NCBI GenBank assembly: GCA_051362555.1
Contig: CM120643.1
Location: forward strand, 5,394,001 to 5,458,000
Direction: 5' to 3'
DNA: 64,000 nucleotides
DNA from: Lingula anatina
Taxonomy: Eukaryota; Animalia; Brachiopoda
A program made the translations under genes and the position numbers. Under the pieces are notes generated by a model. It was not told the DNA's origin. It did no database searches and was given only the letters and a program-made list of their open reading frames with translations. Shown piece after piece: positions 51,008 to 64,000 of this stretch (position 1 is its first letter; every line of letters starts with the position of its first letter).

Positions 51008-52365
51008 CGATTGATACAAAACATGTTAATACTCAATGTGCATTACACCGTATGACTTACTACAACTACGCTAATGATAATGAAAAATAACTGAGAGAGA
51101 AAGAATCTATTTGATAATTAAACTGGGTAGTTTTCTGAGTACCGTTTATAAACATAACGTAAATAACCGTGAACACTCGTACAGTAAACCACAAAAGCGA
51201 TGCAGTGTTGAAAGTACTGTGAGTTGGTGAAGACTAACCATATTTTCGCCTCAGTGGCACACACCGCCAGTTGAACTGCACTGTTCCACATATGTTCCAC
51301 AGAGATTTTGTATTTCATTAAATTCACATCATTGCAAATTCCCGATATTGTTGAAAATTTCATTAATAAATAATGCAACGTAGCTACGTGTGTTCACTCT
51401 TTTCGATCGCTTAATGAATTGAATTGTATCAAAGTCGGACTAATTTCGAAATCAATCTTCGTTTATGTTTCGAATCACTTCATAGTCAATAAACCCTTAT
51501 GTCTCGTAGCACGTGGTGCAGAGTTTCCGGGCATATACCGAAAGCTTGGGTGTTTCTATACATAGTTTTATTTGATCTATAAAGATGTATTTTAACTCGG
51601 TGAATAATTTTTATCAAGGAAAGGCACATATTTAAAACGTAATATATAAAATTCGCTGGAAATAAGTTCATTCAATAAAAAAGTTTCGTTCTGATTTTAA
51701 GATTGCTTGTTATGTTACCTTAAGAAACTAAAAGAAAATAAGCAAATAAGCGCCCTCTATCATTAATCGCGGTCTTCGCAAGCACAATGTGATGAAATTT
51801 ACGGACGCCGTCACAATCATGTTGAGACAGAATCTAAGGCCGAACACTGTGGACTTCGGTACTGTTATAACAGAAATTCTTGTCTAAATGGATTCTTACA
51901 AACTTTGGCAATTTACTAATATAAATACTTCCAGGTAAAATAATAGTTACACTTAAGTTTGATTTATGTTTTCCCTTCTCTTTGATGTTAACATTCTAAG
52001 CTACTCGCCCGAGAGATCAGTTGGCTTAGGTGTCACTATATACAAACTTTCATATAAGCTTGGGTGTCAGTATATGCACTCTTTCAACGTTTGTTAGGAA
52101 CACAAGTGTTTTCTTTTTCGGTTTATTTCACCACGTGATACAGTTACTGTCCGCCTTTGAATGTCCCAAAAATTATATCTTCTACCTGCATAGCTGTTAA
52201 AATTCTCTAACTCAAAACATAAAAACTAAATTTATTAGCCTTTTAGGGCATCATTTACAAGTATTAGCCGTACTTTAAGGGCATCAGTGTACCCAATGGA
52301 GCGCATCCGAAATTCAACTTCCCGAATCTCCTGGACCATTACCTCCCAACGTATCTCCCCCCCCC

Positions 52366-52404
<39 letters not shown>

Positions 52405-52579
52405 AATGAGAGTGAAATAAAAAAGACATTGATTTAATCAAAAACGTTAATTTAATCGAAAGCAGGAACATCTTTTCAGGCAAATAGATTCCGTAATCTC
52501 TTATTATTCCATAATCTCTTATATCTCTTCCATTAAGGTTTCATCAATACAACAAAAATCAGCTTTCAGTGTCTGTATT

Positions 52580-52684
52580 CCTCTCTTCTCTCTCTCTGTC
52601 TCTCTCTCTCTCTCTGAGTGTGTGTGTGTGTGTGTGTGCGCGCGCCCTCGCGCGTGCGTGTCTGTGTGTGTGGGGGGGGGGGGG
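52580..52684. repeat. Compound microsatellite (CT)n-(GT)n-(GC)n-G run
   Basis: Directly visible. Other simple repeats: T-run 4578-4609, (CT)n ~18669, (CA)n ~20828, ~38379, ~47647, ~52368, (TG)n ~30740, C-runs ~36230-36276, T-run ~53559-53586. Confidence 0.9.
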
Positions 52685-53140
52685 TCCGATTCTGATTTAC
52701 TATTTTAAAAGAAATCAATATATGCCTTTAAACAATTGAGTAGAATATTATATGCTTTTGGGGATCTTTGTCCCCCATAAATTGTCCACCACCGTAAACA
52801 TAATTTGAAATCGGAAATATATTTTGGCTTTACACTCGAAAAGCCTAGATCCCATTGGAGCCAGAAAGAGAAAAAATATTAAGGTACAATTTTTTAGCAA
52901 AAAAGGACTGTGATATATTTATAAAACATGTGTTATTATCATTTAGAGACGAACATTAAAAAATAACTACATGTAACTTTCATGTTATTGTTTGGGTTAC
53001 TTTCGACGATGAATATGAGAATGTTATAAGATTGCCATCCGCTGATTAATCACAAAGAATATTTTTCATTGCAAAATTTTGCAATTTTTCTTTTCAGAAT
53101 ATATTCATCACCATTTCATTTAATTTTTTCTGATTGCAAT

Positions 53141-54234
53141 CAACCCAGATTGACAAACGTCACATTAGCCCAACACTGGTCCAACGCATAGTTGGTTGTA
53201 TGACCAATATTAAGCCTCGGTCACAACCGGACGCACGAATTTCAGGATCGTCCCCTGCGTGGAGGTCGTAGAAGTAGAGGAAAGTCTGCCTTGCGAGTCG
53301 CAAGGGCCACATGAGATGTCCTTGCAAGCAGAGACGCTAATTGCAAGGAGCAAAAATTGTACTCATTTCTTGAGTTTGTCTTGCTGTCTGTGTACGTGGC
53401 ACACACTCACCACTTACTAAGGGAATGCAACGCACGACGAAAGTAGTGCCCTTTTGCGTTAGTTTTGCTTCACACTTGCCTCACACGATTGTGGTGACGT
53501 CCTGACGGCGTACGTCAGTTTTGCTTCCTGTTCCCCTCTTCTTTCTTCTCCCTCCTCCCTTTTTTTTTTTTTTTTTTTTTTTTTTTACTATGTAAGCTTC
53601 TTTCTCTTGCCTTTTGGAGGCATATTAGAAACTAAATTGAGCAAAAATTTAAAATTTTTGAAAATTGTTGTACACGTTACACTGTCGACGTTCATTGTAA
53701 AGACACGAGCGTGCGTCGTGAGCACGCCTTTTATACACCAGGCGTGGGGGTGACGCACGTGCGACGCATTCCCAGTGTGCTCTCTACTTTGTTCGTTAGT
53801 TGTGAGGGCGTGAGCCTTACTCAACACGCAAAGGGCTCTTGCTCCTTCATAGCTTGCGACGTGCGTTTTGCACAACGCACGTCTCTCTTGCTAACTCCGT
53901 GCGAGGGGAGCAAGTTACGCTTGCGGCCTCGCTGTTCGCAGATTATTCGTAGAATCTTTTTGACATGTCCAACATCCTCAGTACGTGCTTACGGGCTGTC
54001 TGCGAACTCGAAATTGCGTAAGAAGGACTTGCGTGGGACGTGAGATTCTGCGCAAAATTTGGATGCAAACAGCCCGCAAGAGCCCCTACGGCCAGTTGTG
54101 ACCGAGGCTTACCAACATTGGTCCAAAGTTGAAAAGCCAAGGACAACATACCAAGATTGGCCTAACGTTGGCAGAAGGTTGGAAATCCATTGCCAACCCT
54201 GCCAACATTGGGTTATTTTCTGCAATCTGGGTTG
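53141..54234. mobile_element. Non-autonomous DNA element (outer of a nested pair)
   Basis: Inverted termini CAACCCAGATTG / CAATCTGGGTTG with internal CCAAC..TTGG subrepeats; related sequence lies in the tandem unit at ~57285-57540. Confidence 0.7.
53213..54109. mobile_element. Non-autonomous DNA transposon (Harbinger/ISL2EU-like), nested, TA-flanked
   Basis: TIRs AGCCTCGGTCACAACCGG / CCAGTTGTGACCGAGGCT; TA at 53211-53212 and 54110-54111; CpG-rich interior. Superfamily is an inference. Confidence 0.78.
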
Positions 54235-54567
54235 TTGCTTTTGTCTCCAATTTACTTAAACACGATAAAACCTTATACAACATGTTTAACTTACATGATT
54301 AGAGTACCGATTCAGCTGCACAAAGACACTTTATTTCTAACTGAGATCCCCTATTATGAACAACTCCTCTCCCTTTATAGCTACGACCTTTAACTTATAT
54401 GTTTAGAGCTCCGATTCAGCGTAAAAAAGATATATTTCATGTAACCATCTTAGAAAACTTTTATGTTTAAAGCATTCCTTCAGTAATACAACGCTCTATA
54501 TGTCATTGGTGGATTTAAAATAAATTCTAAATTATGAATGATATACCGGTATTTCCCTTACCCTCAT

Positions 54568-55946
54568 GGTCCGTATTCCAGAATCTCCCTTTAGCGTTAA
54601 GGGAGACTTAAAGTCGACCTTATACAACATTTGTATTCCAAGACCTTTCTTTATCTCACTTGAAAGGAATCACTTAACAATCATCCTTAGCAAAGGAATC
54701 GGTCATTTCTAGAATCTGCCTTTGCTTAAAGATTTCCTTTATTTTCGGTTGAGTATTCCTTAAAATGTAAGGTTTGTCTGGAGTAACTTTTAGTCTTCCT
54801 TAAGCAGCCATCGTGTACATTTCTCTTGTGAAAATCAGCTCCACGGAGGACTACATAAGCCAACATGCCTACCTAAATTCAAAATCATTAAATTCAACTA
54901 GAAAAGCACTCCGAGAGCGAAGTCTCCACCCAATTTTCATTCCATAATGATTTAGTTTTTTATTTTTGATTATTGATTGATTACTGATCCAGATCACCAC
55001 CAAAAACGAATAATCTGTCCCTTGGCCCACTTGTGACAGTTTCCGAAAATTTCATCACAATCGGCGCATAACTTTTTGAGTTATTTGTGATTATTGATTA
55101 TTGATTGATTATTGATCTTGATCACCACCAAAAACTAACCACTTCTAAGTTAACCCATTTCTGACCAACCCTGTAAATTTCATAAAAATTGGTCCATAAT
55201 TTTTTGAGTTTTTTTATTAATGATAATTGATTGATTATTGAGCTTGATCACCACCAAACACTAATCACTTCAAATATAACCCATTTCTGACCTACCCTGA
55301 AAATTTCATCAAAATCGGCCCGTAACTTTTTGAGTTATGTTGATGACAAACAAACAAACAAACAAACAATCAGACAGACAGGCAGACAGACAGACAGTAA
55401 GACAGACACAAACAGGGATGAAAACATAACCTCCTTGGTGGAGGTAACAAAAAGACAGACAAACAAACAGGGGTTTGATCGAGGATAGGCTTTTCTCTGT
55501 TGACTAGTTGCATCGGTAGCTGCTTTTTCGATATCAGAAAAGGGTCTACGACTTTGGTTTACTCATCCTCCAAACCATTCTTTTCTCTTCTTGCCATACT
55601 TGCTTTATTCACTAAATTTGGCTTAGATCAAAAGATCCACATGCAGTGATAATGTCCATAGGCGCGGTTGCATGACTGAAGTTGATCAGTTGACCCAGCA
55701 TTACTAAGGCATTTTTAACGAGGAGGGTGTCACAAAGGCCTACTCTAACCAATGAGGAGCTCCTTTATGTCAGTGTCCCTAACCTAAAGGCTGACTTTTG
55801 TCAAAGTAATTCCTTATCAAAGGAGAGGCTAAAGTGTGGTCTTAGAATACCATTTCGTCAGGCCTTCCTTTACCAAGGAACACCTCATCAAAGGAAGCCT
55901 TTATAAAAGTTGACCTTATTTTAAGGAACATCTTGGAATACGGGCC
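54568..55946. mobile_element. PIF/Harbinger-like MITE with 3-bp TSD
   Basis: TIRs GGTCCGTATTCCA / TGGAATACGGGCC; flanks CAT / TAT. The empty site CTCCCATGTTTTT is seen in paralogous units at 58069, 60326 and 63884. Confidence 0.82.
54896..55449 (+). mobile_element. Helentron/DINE-1-like (HINE) element nested in the MITE
   Basis: AACTAGAAAAGCACTCC...CTCCACCCAA start, three ~130-bp internal repeats (GATCACCACCAAAA), (CAAA)n(CAGA)n microsatellite, terminal hairpin ACCTCCTTGGTGGAGGT. Confidence 0.8.
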
Positions 55947-58900
55947 TATGTTTTAAAATGTGCCCATTCAAGTAACAGTTCACTACATAACAATAAATTA
56001 AATCCTAATGGCACAGTTTTTCGTTCTGAGAACCCCTAGAAATAAAACACTTAGACATCAAGGACACGCATGTTCCAATCCATTTTCAAGGAGTTGTACG
56101 AGTATCCTTTGTTCCCAGCAATCTCCTATATAGTTTATTGCTGTCTCCGCAATTACAGTGTAACTAAATACGAGGACAACGTCGCAATCATGCCTAGACA
56201 AACTCTAAGACCAAATTCTGCACCCTTGCCACTTTTGTAACTTAAAATCTTCAAGATATATATATCAAATTTAGAATACAATATTTTCCAGTAGTAATTC
56301 TTGTTTTACAATGTTTTTGATATAAGGGTGAATTATTTTGCATTCACTTTAATAATTTAAAACATTCTTAGCAACTCGTCCTTGAGTTCAGTTGGCACAG
56401 GGGTAAGTTATCGTATCATTTCTAGCACAATTGCTGGTAGCAACGCACAGCTACCAGTCATTCAAAGGTTTATTCGTGTGCGTGACAGAATGGTTCGTCT
56501 ACAGCCAGCAGCTCAAGAATGACTCTCTATAACTATTGGAATATAATATTTAATCCACTCTGATTTAAATTCATGGATGATATCATGCAGAGACCTTAAA
56601 TCTAATACCAGTGGGCAAAAAAAATGTTGCTCAAGTAAAAGAATGCACAAGCTGCTGAAGATTACACAAATAAAGTAACAAAACGCACAGTATCAAACAA
56701 ACATCTTAATTGGCGCTTAGGACACTAAAGAGTCAGTAGTCATCTGCTTTACCTCAGTGTATCAAACTGAATTTGCCCATCTTCTGTCCACTTAATCGGA
56801 ACAAAGCAACCCAATCCATCTCATTCCCGTCATTTATGTATAAAAAATGTGCATGGTGCCCTGGACAGGAGGTCTTTGGAGCCGTCTCCGTGAAAGTAAT
56901 TTGCCACATCCAGTCTGTTTTTGACTATATTTATTTGTTCATTTACTAATTTATTTATTGAGTACAGGCAAAAATAAATGCACACACAGAGGTTATCCAT
57001 ACAAATTCATAGTGGTGTTTTAGAATAAATATGAAATGGAATGGAATTTTTCCCCGACACCCATTTTTTAGCAATGGAACTTTACCCATTTGCAGTTTTT
57101 GGAATGGATATAATCTACCTACTACATTTATATACAAAACGCGCCCAAAACCCATTTTAATCCTGGTAATGCATATGGAATTTACCAGTGATACATCTTC
57201 ACAACATACCGTGTATTAATGTCTCATGTCCTCTGTTAAGGATATACTTTATAGGTTAATTTTAGTAATGCATCAAAATTTTCTGGCCCAACTTTGGCCA
57301 AGCACATGGTTGGTTGTAAAACCAGTACTTGCCCAATGTTGGAAAGCCAACCATTAGCATGGCACCAAGGTTGGCACAATGTATGGTTGCACTTCAGCAG
57401 TAAGTTGCATACAGACGTTGGCCAAACATCAGCTAGCCAACCAGCCAACATTGGCCAAATGGTATTTGCTCAACCATAGCCTTTGGCCCAACGTCATGCC
57501 AATGTTCAATTTCTACTATTTTGACAGCCAAGGTTGGCTCACTGCCATGTGCCTATCCAATCTTCATTGCTCTTCGTCATACTTCCGACATTGTTTAATT
57601 CTTTCTATTCCAAGCATCTCCCATGGCGTCTCCTGCCGCTTGTCAGCTGAGCCAAGTAAGACGCAGGGAGAATGATGCCGTTCTTACCCAGGAAGGGTAT
57701 GAACGCCTTGAAATATGTTGGATTTTCCATCAGTACTTATTGACACTAAAATCATCCATAAATATGGGGTGCACACAGTGTTAAATTACAAAAAGCAGAG
57801 GCACATTAATCCCATAATGTCATCAACAGCAATTGGGACCACAAATACACAATGAAACGTTTTTACTTACAATAATGATCTACCTTTTAACATTAAAACT
57901 TATGATTAATGGACATATAAAGCTGAACAAAGACACATTCCATGTCACAGTCTACCAATGCTTATATGTTAAATGCATTACTTACAGCAACACAACTCTC
58001 TATAAATCATTGCTTGGTTTTATTTAAATTCTAAATTTTAAATGATATACCAGTATTTCCCCTACTCCCATGTTTTTAAATGAGCCCATTCAAGTCACAG
58101 TTCATTACATGATACTAAATTAAATCCTTAATGGCACAGTTTTCCGTTCTGAGAACCCCTAGAAATAAAACACTTAGACATCAAAGATTAAGAACACGCA
58201 TGTTCCAATCCATTTTCAAGGAGTTGTACGAGTATCCCTTGTTCCCAGCAATCTCCTATATAGTTTATTGCTGTCTCCGCAATTACAGTGTAACTAAATA
58301 CGAGGACAACGTCGCAATCATGCCTAGACAAACTCTAAGACCAAATTCTGCACCCTTGCCACTTTTGTAACTTAAAATCTTCAAGATATATATATATCAA
58401 ATTTAGAATACAATATTTTCCAGTAGTAATTCTTGTTTTACAATGTTTTTGATATAAGGGTGAATTATTTTGCATTCACTTTTATAATTTAAAACATTCT
58501 TAGCAACTCGTCCTTGAGTTCAGTTGGCACAGGGATAAGTTATCGTATCATTTCTAGCACAATTGCTGGTAGCAACGCACAGCTACCAGTCATTCAAAGG
58601 TTTATTCGTGTGCGTGACAGCAACACAACTGTCTATAAATCATTGCTTGGTTTTATTTAAATTCTAAATGTTAAATGATATACCAGTACTTCCCCTACTC
58701 CAATGTTTTTTAATGCACCCATTCAAGTCACAGTTCATTACATGACACTAAGTTAAATCCTTAGTGACACAGAATGACTCTTTATAACCATTGGAATATA
58801 ATATTTAATCCACTCTGATTTAAATTCATGGATAATATCATGCAGAGACCCTAAAACTAATACCAGTGGGCAAAAAAAAAATGTTGCTCAAGTAAAAGAA

Positions 58901-61302
58901 TGCACAAGCTGCTGGAGATTACACAAATAAAGTAACAGAACGCACAGTATCAAACAAACATCCTAATTGGCGCTTAGGACACTAAAGAGTCAGTAGTCAT
59001 CTGCTTTACCTCAGTGTATCAAACTGAATTTGCCCATCTTCTGTCCACTTAATCGGAACAAAGCAACCCAATCCATCTCATTCCCGTCATTTATGTATAA
59101 AAAATGTGCATGGTGCCCTGGACAGGAGGTCTTTGGAGCCGTCTCCGTGAAAGTAATTTGCCACATCCAGTCTGTTTTTGACTATATTTATTTGTTCATT
59201 TACTAATTTATTTATTGAGTACAGGCAAAAATAAATGCACACACAGAAGTTATCCATACAAATTCATAGTGGTGTTTTAGAATAAATATGAAATGGAATG
59301 GAATTTTTCCCCGACACCCATTTTTTAGCAATGGAACTTTACCCATTTGCAGTTTTTGGAATGGATATAATCTACCTACTACATTTATATACAAAACGCA
59401 CCCAAAACCCAATTTAATCCTGGTAATGCATATGGAATTTACCAGTGATACATCTTCACAACATACCGTGTATTAATGTCTCATGTCCTCTGTTAAGGAT
59501 ATACTTTATAGGTTAATTTTAGTAATGCATCAAAATTTTCTGGCCCAACTTTGGCCAAGCACATGGTTGGTTGTAAAACCAGCACCTGCCCAATGTTGGA
59601 AAGCCAACCATTAGCATGGCACCAAGGTTGGCACAATGTATGGTTGCACTTCAGCAGTAAGTTGCATACAGACGTTGGCCAAACATCAGCTAGCCAACCA
59701 GCCAACATTGGCCAAATGGCATTTGCTCAACCATAGCCTTTGGGCCATCGTCATGCCAATGTTCAATTTCTAATATTTTGACAGCCAAGGTTGGCTCACT
59801 GCCATGTGCCTATCTAATCTTCATTGCTCTTCGTCATACTTCTGACATTGTTTAATTCTTTCTATTCCAAGCATCTCCCATGGCGTCTCCTGCCACTTGT
59901 CAGCTGAGCCAAGTAAGACGCAGGGAGAATGATGCCATTCTTACCCAGGAAGGGTATGAACGCCTTGAAATAAGTTGGATTTTCCATCAGTACTTATTGA
60001 CACTAAAATCATCCATAGATATGGGGTGCACGCAGTGTTAAATTACAAAAAGCAGAGGCACATTAATCCCATAATGTCATCAACAGCAATTGGGACCACA
60101 AATACACAATGAAACGTTTTTACTAACAATAATGATCTACCTTTTAACATTAAAACTTATGATTAATGGACATATAAAGCTGAACAAAGACACATTCCAT
60201 GTCACAGTCTACCAATGCTTATATGTTAAATGCATTACTTACAGCAACACAACTCTCTATAAATCATTGCTTGGTTTTATTTAAATTCTAAATTTTAAAT
60301 GATATACCAGTATTTCCCCTACTCCCATGTTTTTAAATGCGCCCATTCAAGTCACAGTTCATTACATGATACTAAATTAAATCCTTAATGGCACAGTTTT
60401 CCGTTCTGAGAACCCCTAGAAATAAAACACTTAGACATCAAAGATTAAGAACACGCATGTTCCAATCCATTTTCAAGGAGTTGTACGAGTATCCTTTGTT
60501 CCCAGCAATCTCCTATATAGTTTATTGCTGTCTCCGCAATTACAGTGTAACTAAATACGAGGACAACGTCGCAATCATGCCTAGACAAACTCTAAGACCA
60601 AATTCTGCACCCTTGCCACTTTTGTAACTTAAAATCTTCAAGATATATATATATCAAATTTAGAATACAATATTTTCCAGTAGTAATTCTTGTTTTACAA
60701 TGTTTTTGATGTAAGGGGGAATTATTTTGCATTCACTTTTATAATTTAAAACATTCTTAGCAACTCGTCCTTCAGTTCAGTTGGCACAGGGGTAAGTTAT
60801 CGTATCATTTCTAGCACAATTGCTGGTAGCAACGCACAGCTACCAGTCACTCGAAGGTTTATTCGTGTGCGTGACAGAATGGTTCGTCTACAGCCAGCAG
60901 CTCAAGAATGACTCATTATAACCATTGGAATATCATATGTATTCTACCAGTAGGCCACTCTGATTAAAATCCATGGATGACATCATCTAGAGACCCTAAA
61001 ACTAATACCAGTGGGCAAAAAAATGTTGCTCAAGTAAAAGAATGCACAAGCTGCTGGAGATTATGCAAATAAAGTAACAGAACGCACAGTATTAAACAAA
61101 CAAGATATCTTAATTGGCGCTAAGGACACTAAAGAGTCAGTAGTCATCTGCTTTACCTCAGTGTATCAAACTGAATTTGCCCATCTTCTGTCCACTTAAT
61201 CCGAACAAAGCAACCCAATCCCTCTCATTCCCGTCATTTATGTATAAAAAATGTGCATGGTGCCCTGGACAGGACGTCTTTGGAGCCGTCTCAGTGAAAG
61301 TA

Positions 61303-62961
61303 CAGACTTGACATTTAATATGGAATATTTTTTTCCAAATCATTTTTCATTAGTTTTTTCCTATTTTGCAGACTGATAAATGAAAATAAGGATTAAAATC
61401 GTGTTTTAATAACTTTTAATTATCTCTTTGATGTCATTGTGGCATCAGTTCATTAATGGAATTCGCCAGAGGAGCAAACAAAAACACATTGCCTATTCTA
61501 TGTCATACGACAACCATTAAAAGGGATATTTTGGACCTCCATATTTTCCAAATTATTGTCTGTAAAAGAGTTAAATGCTCCACAAAGGACCCTCATGTCA
61601 GTGTCTAGTCACAGTACCGGTCGCTGTTACGCCTGACTTCTTCCGGCTGCTACCAGCGCTGTCAAGTGGCAAGGCATTCCTTGGGATAGGTTTTTTAAGT
61701 TCAATCTGGAATAACTTTCCAGACATCGGTCAAAATCTGCCCAATTTGGTCCAGTATTGTTGTAGGACATGTAGGCCATTGATTCGGAGAGAAATGGCCT
61801 ACCCACATATTGTCTATGTGGTTCAAATATGGCGAATTTTATGACCAAGGTAGCTGCTCATTCTCTTGGTTCTGTAAGTAAACTGCTATTAAAAGTGCTC
61901 TGTGTGAACCGGCAATCTCACCGTGCAACATAAAATTGTTCTTAAGTTGTCCCCTATCAAATGACAGCCAAGTGGTTCCCAGATTATTTCTTTATTTGAT
62001 CTGGTTCAGGTTTTCGTCGATGACTACCATTGGTGTTTTGGCACCAATGTGGTATCCACTCCATATACTGACGCTGTTAATGACCTTAGTCACTTAGGAC
62101 ACGGCACACGCTTCGTCGTTGGCCTCTTCTGGATGTCTGTAAACACTGTTTTGACTGTTGACCGGTACAGGTGAAATCTGACCTCAATAAAGAAAGCCAC
62201 GAGATTTCAGTGTTCAGCCCAGAAACAGTCAAGGTCTCAAATTCAATAGAGAAACATACAACGATGTTTTGCTGTTTATAGTAGGTTCCTCGGAGGTCGT
62301 CTGGCATGCTAACCTGCTAAAACCAGTTTGGTGTTCGCTAAGGGCCTTGAAAATTGCGTTTTGGTGGCAATTTACCCCTCATTCTGAACAGACTGGGTGG
62401 TTTTTGTTTAGTTGCAACAGCATATCCCGAAAGGCAGTGGGTCCTGTACCCTGGTGGTAAGATTTCAATACATAGGGTGTGGCCTCTGTGTAGGTACATC
62501 AGTCTGGGCATTACTCTATAAAACTGTGCGGACCGTTTCGTTTGGCACAATTATCTGTCTGGCAATGCCTGTCTTTTTCGTGCCATTCTGCCACAGATTA
62601 ACAAATTTGTAAAGCACTGCATAGCTCATTTTACACACTGCAAACCCGACCACTTGCATGCAAAATTTCAAATTCTTCTATGCAGTAGTTGCCCACATAT
62701 GGAGAGTTTTTTGACAGAACCATGCTTTGCCAAAACCAAGCCTTGACCTGCCCAAAGGAGCACTACCAAATTAAATCACTGCATATTACATAATGCAGCA
62801 GCGCAACAAACCTGGTGTTCAGTTAATTGGTAGCGACACACCTGACTACACACTTCTCCATTTACATATCTTATATGAGATCGGAGTTTGTGAAAAAAGA
62901 ACGCATTTTCACCTAGGCATACCTTCGAAACTGAAATATTCCATATTAAATGTCAAGTCTG
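61303..62961 (-). mobile_element. Tc1/mariner element, 1659 bp, perfect 28-bp TIRs, TA TSD
   Basis: CAGACTTGACATTTAATATGGAATATTT (61303-61330) and its exact reverse complement (62934-62961); TA at 61301-61302 and 62962-62963. Confidence 0.93.
61627..62629 (-). pseudogene. Degraded Tc1-family transposase
   Basis: Reading through stops and frameshifts gives AG*HARRPPRNLL*TAKHR, VAFFIEVRFHL (cf. VxFSDESRF), SVSIWSG, FMLHGEIAGSHRA (cf. QDDNAxPHRA) and LPWS*NSPYLNHIDNMW (cf. WPxxSPDLNPIENxW). Catalytic residues are decayed. Confidence 0.88.
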
Positions 62962-64000
62962 TACAAAACGCGCCCAAAACCCAATTTAATCCTGGTATAT
63001 GCATATGGAATTTACCAGTGATACATCTTCACAACATATTAAAGTCTCATGTCCTCTGTTAAGGATATACTTTATAGGTTAATTTCAGTAATGCATCAAA
63101 ATTTTCTGGCCCAACTTTGGCCAAGCACATGGTTGGTTGTAAAACCAGTACTTGCCCAATGATGGAAAGCCAACCATTAGCATGGCACCAAGGTTGACAC
63201 AACGTATGGTTGCTCTTCAGCAGTAAGTTGCATACAGACGTTGGCCAAACATCAGCTAGCCAACATTGGCCAAATGGCATTTGCTCAACCATAGCCTTTG
63301 GCCCAACGTCATGCCAATGTTCAATTTCTAATATTTTGACAGCCAAGGTTGGCTCACTGCCATGTGCCTATCCAATCTTCATTGCTCTTCGTCATACTTC
63401 CGACATTGTTTAATTCTTTCTATTCCAAGCATCTCCCATGGCGTCTCCTGCCACTTGTCAGCTGAGCCAAGTAAGACGCAGGGAGAATGATGCCGTTCTT
63501 ACCCAGGAAGGGTATGAACGCCTTGAAATATGTTGGATTTTCCATCAGTACTTATTGACACTAAAATCATCCATAGATATGGGGTGCACGCAGTGTTAAA
63601 TTACAAAAAGCAGAGGCACATTAATCCCACAATGTCATCAACAGCAATTGGGACCACAAATAAACAATGAAACGTTTTTACTAACAATAATGATCTACCT
63701 TTTAACATTAAAACTTATGATTAATGGACATATAAAGCTGAACAAAGACACATTCCATGTCACAGTCTACCAATGCTTATATGTTAAATGCATTACTTAC
63801 AGCAACACAACTCTCTATAAATCATTGCTTGGTTTTATTTAAATTCTAAATTTTAAATGATATACCAGTATTTCCCCTACTCCCATGTTTTTAAATGCGC
63901 CCATTCAAGTCACAGTTCATTACATGATACTAAATTAAATCCTTAATGGCACAGTTTTCCGTTCTGAGAACCCCTAGAAATAAAACACTTAGACATCAAA

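Larger units (their letters stand above)
55947..64000. repeat. Large-unit tandem array: A 55947-58068, B 58069-60325, C 60326-63883 (with Tc1), D from 63884 off the window edge
   Basis: Identical or near-identical ORF-track peptides at offsets of 2257 (56955/59212, 58131/60388, 57833/60090) and 3558 (60090/63648). A more diverged partial unit lies at ~54465-54567. Confidence 0.95.

Noticed and set aside
56955-63842. Repeated 60-98 aa ORFs in the tandem array
   Set aside because: Identity reflects recent duplication; no domains, splice structure or coding bias.

Overview
AT-rich, intron-containing animal genomic DNA, most likely a lophotrochozoan such as a mollusc (inferred from repeat types and VWC/ShKT module style). 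Most ORF-track entries are spurious, so I spliced genes by hand. Five genes are supported: (1) the first coding exon (MSRRKQSNPKPFK, a NuRD-recruiting motif) of a minus-strand gene that runs off the left edge; (2) head-to-head with it, a ~1387-aa AT-hook/multi-C2H2 zinc-finger gene; (3) a 6-exon UNC93A-like MFS gene on the minus strand; (4) a 9-exon secreted mosaic protein (signal peptide, 2x VWC-like, ShKT, fibronectin type II, ShKT, Thr/Pro stalk, Ser-Gly cluster); (5) a 7-exon FAPP2/PLEKHA8-type glycolipid-transfer gene with an N-terminal signal/anchor where a PH domain is expected. Intergenic DNA holds Helentron/DINE-like elements, MITEs (some nested, two with 5-bp TSDs) and a LINE 3' fragment. 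From ~55.9 kb to the end is a ~2.1-3.6 kb tandem array in which one copy carries a decayed Tc1 and two carry an apparent excision-site filler. No CRISPR, rRNA or credible tRNA was seen. All family assignments are from motif recall, not database searches.
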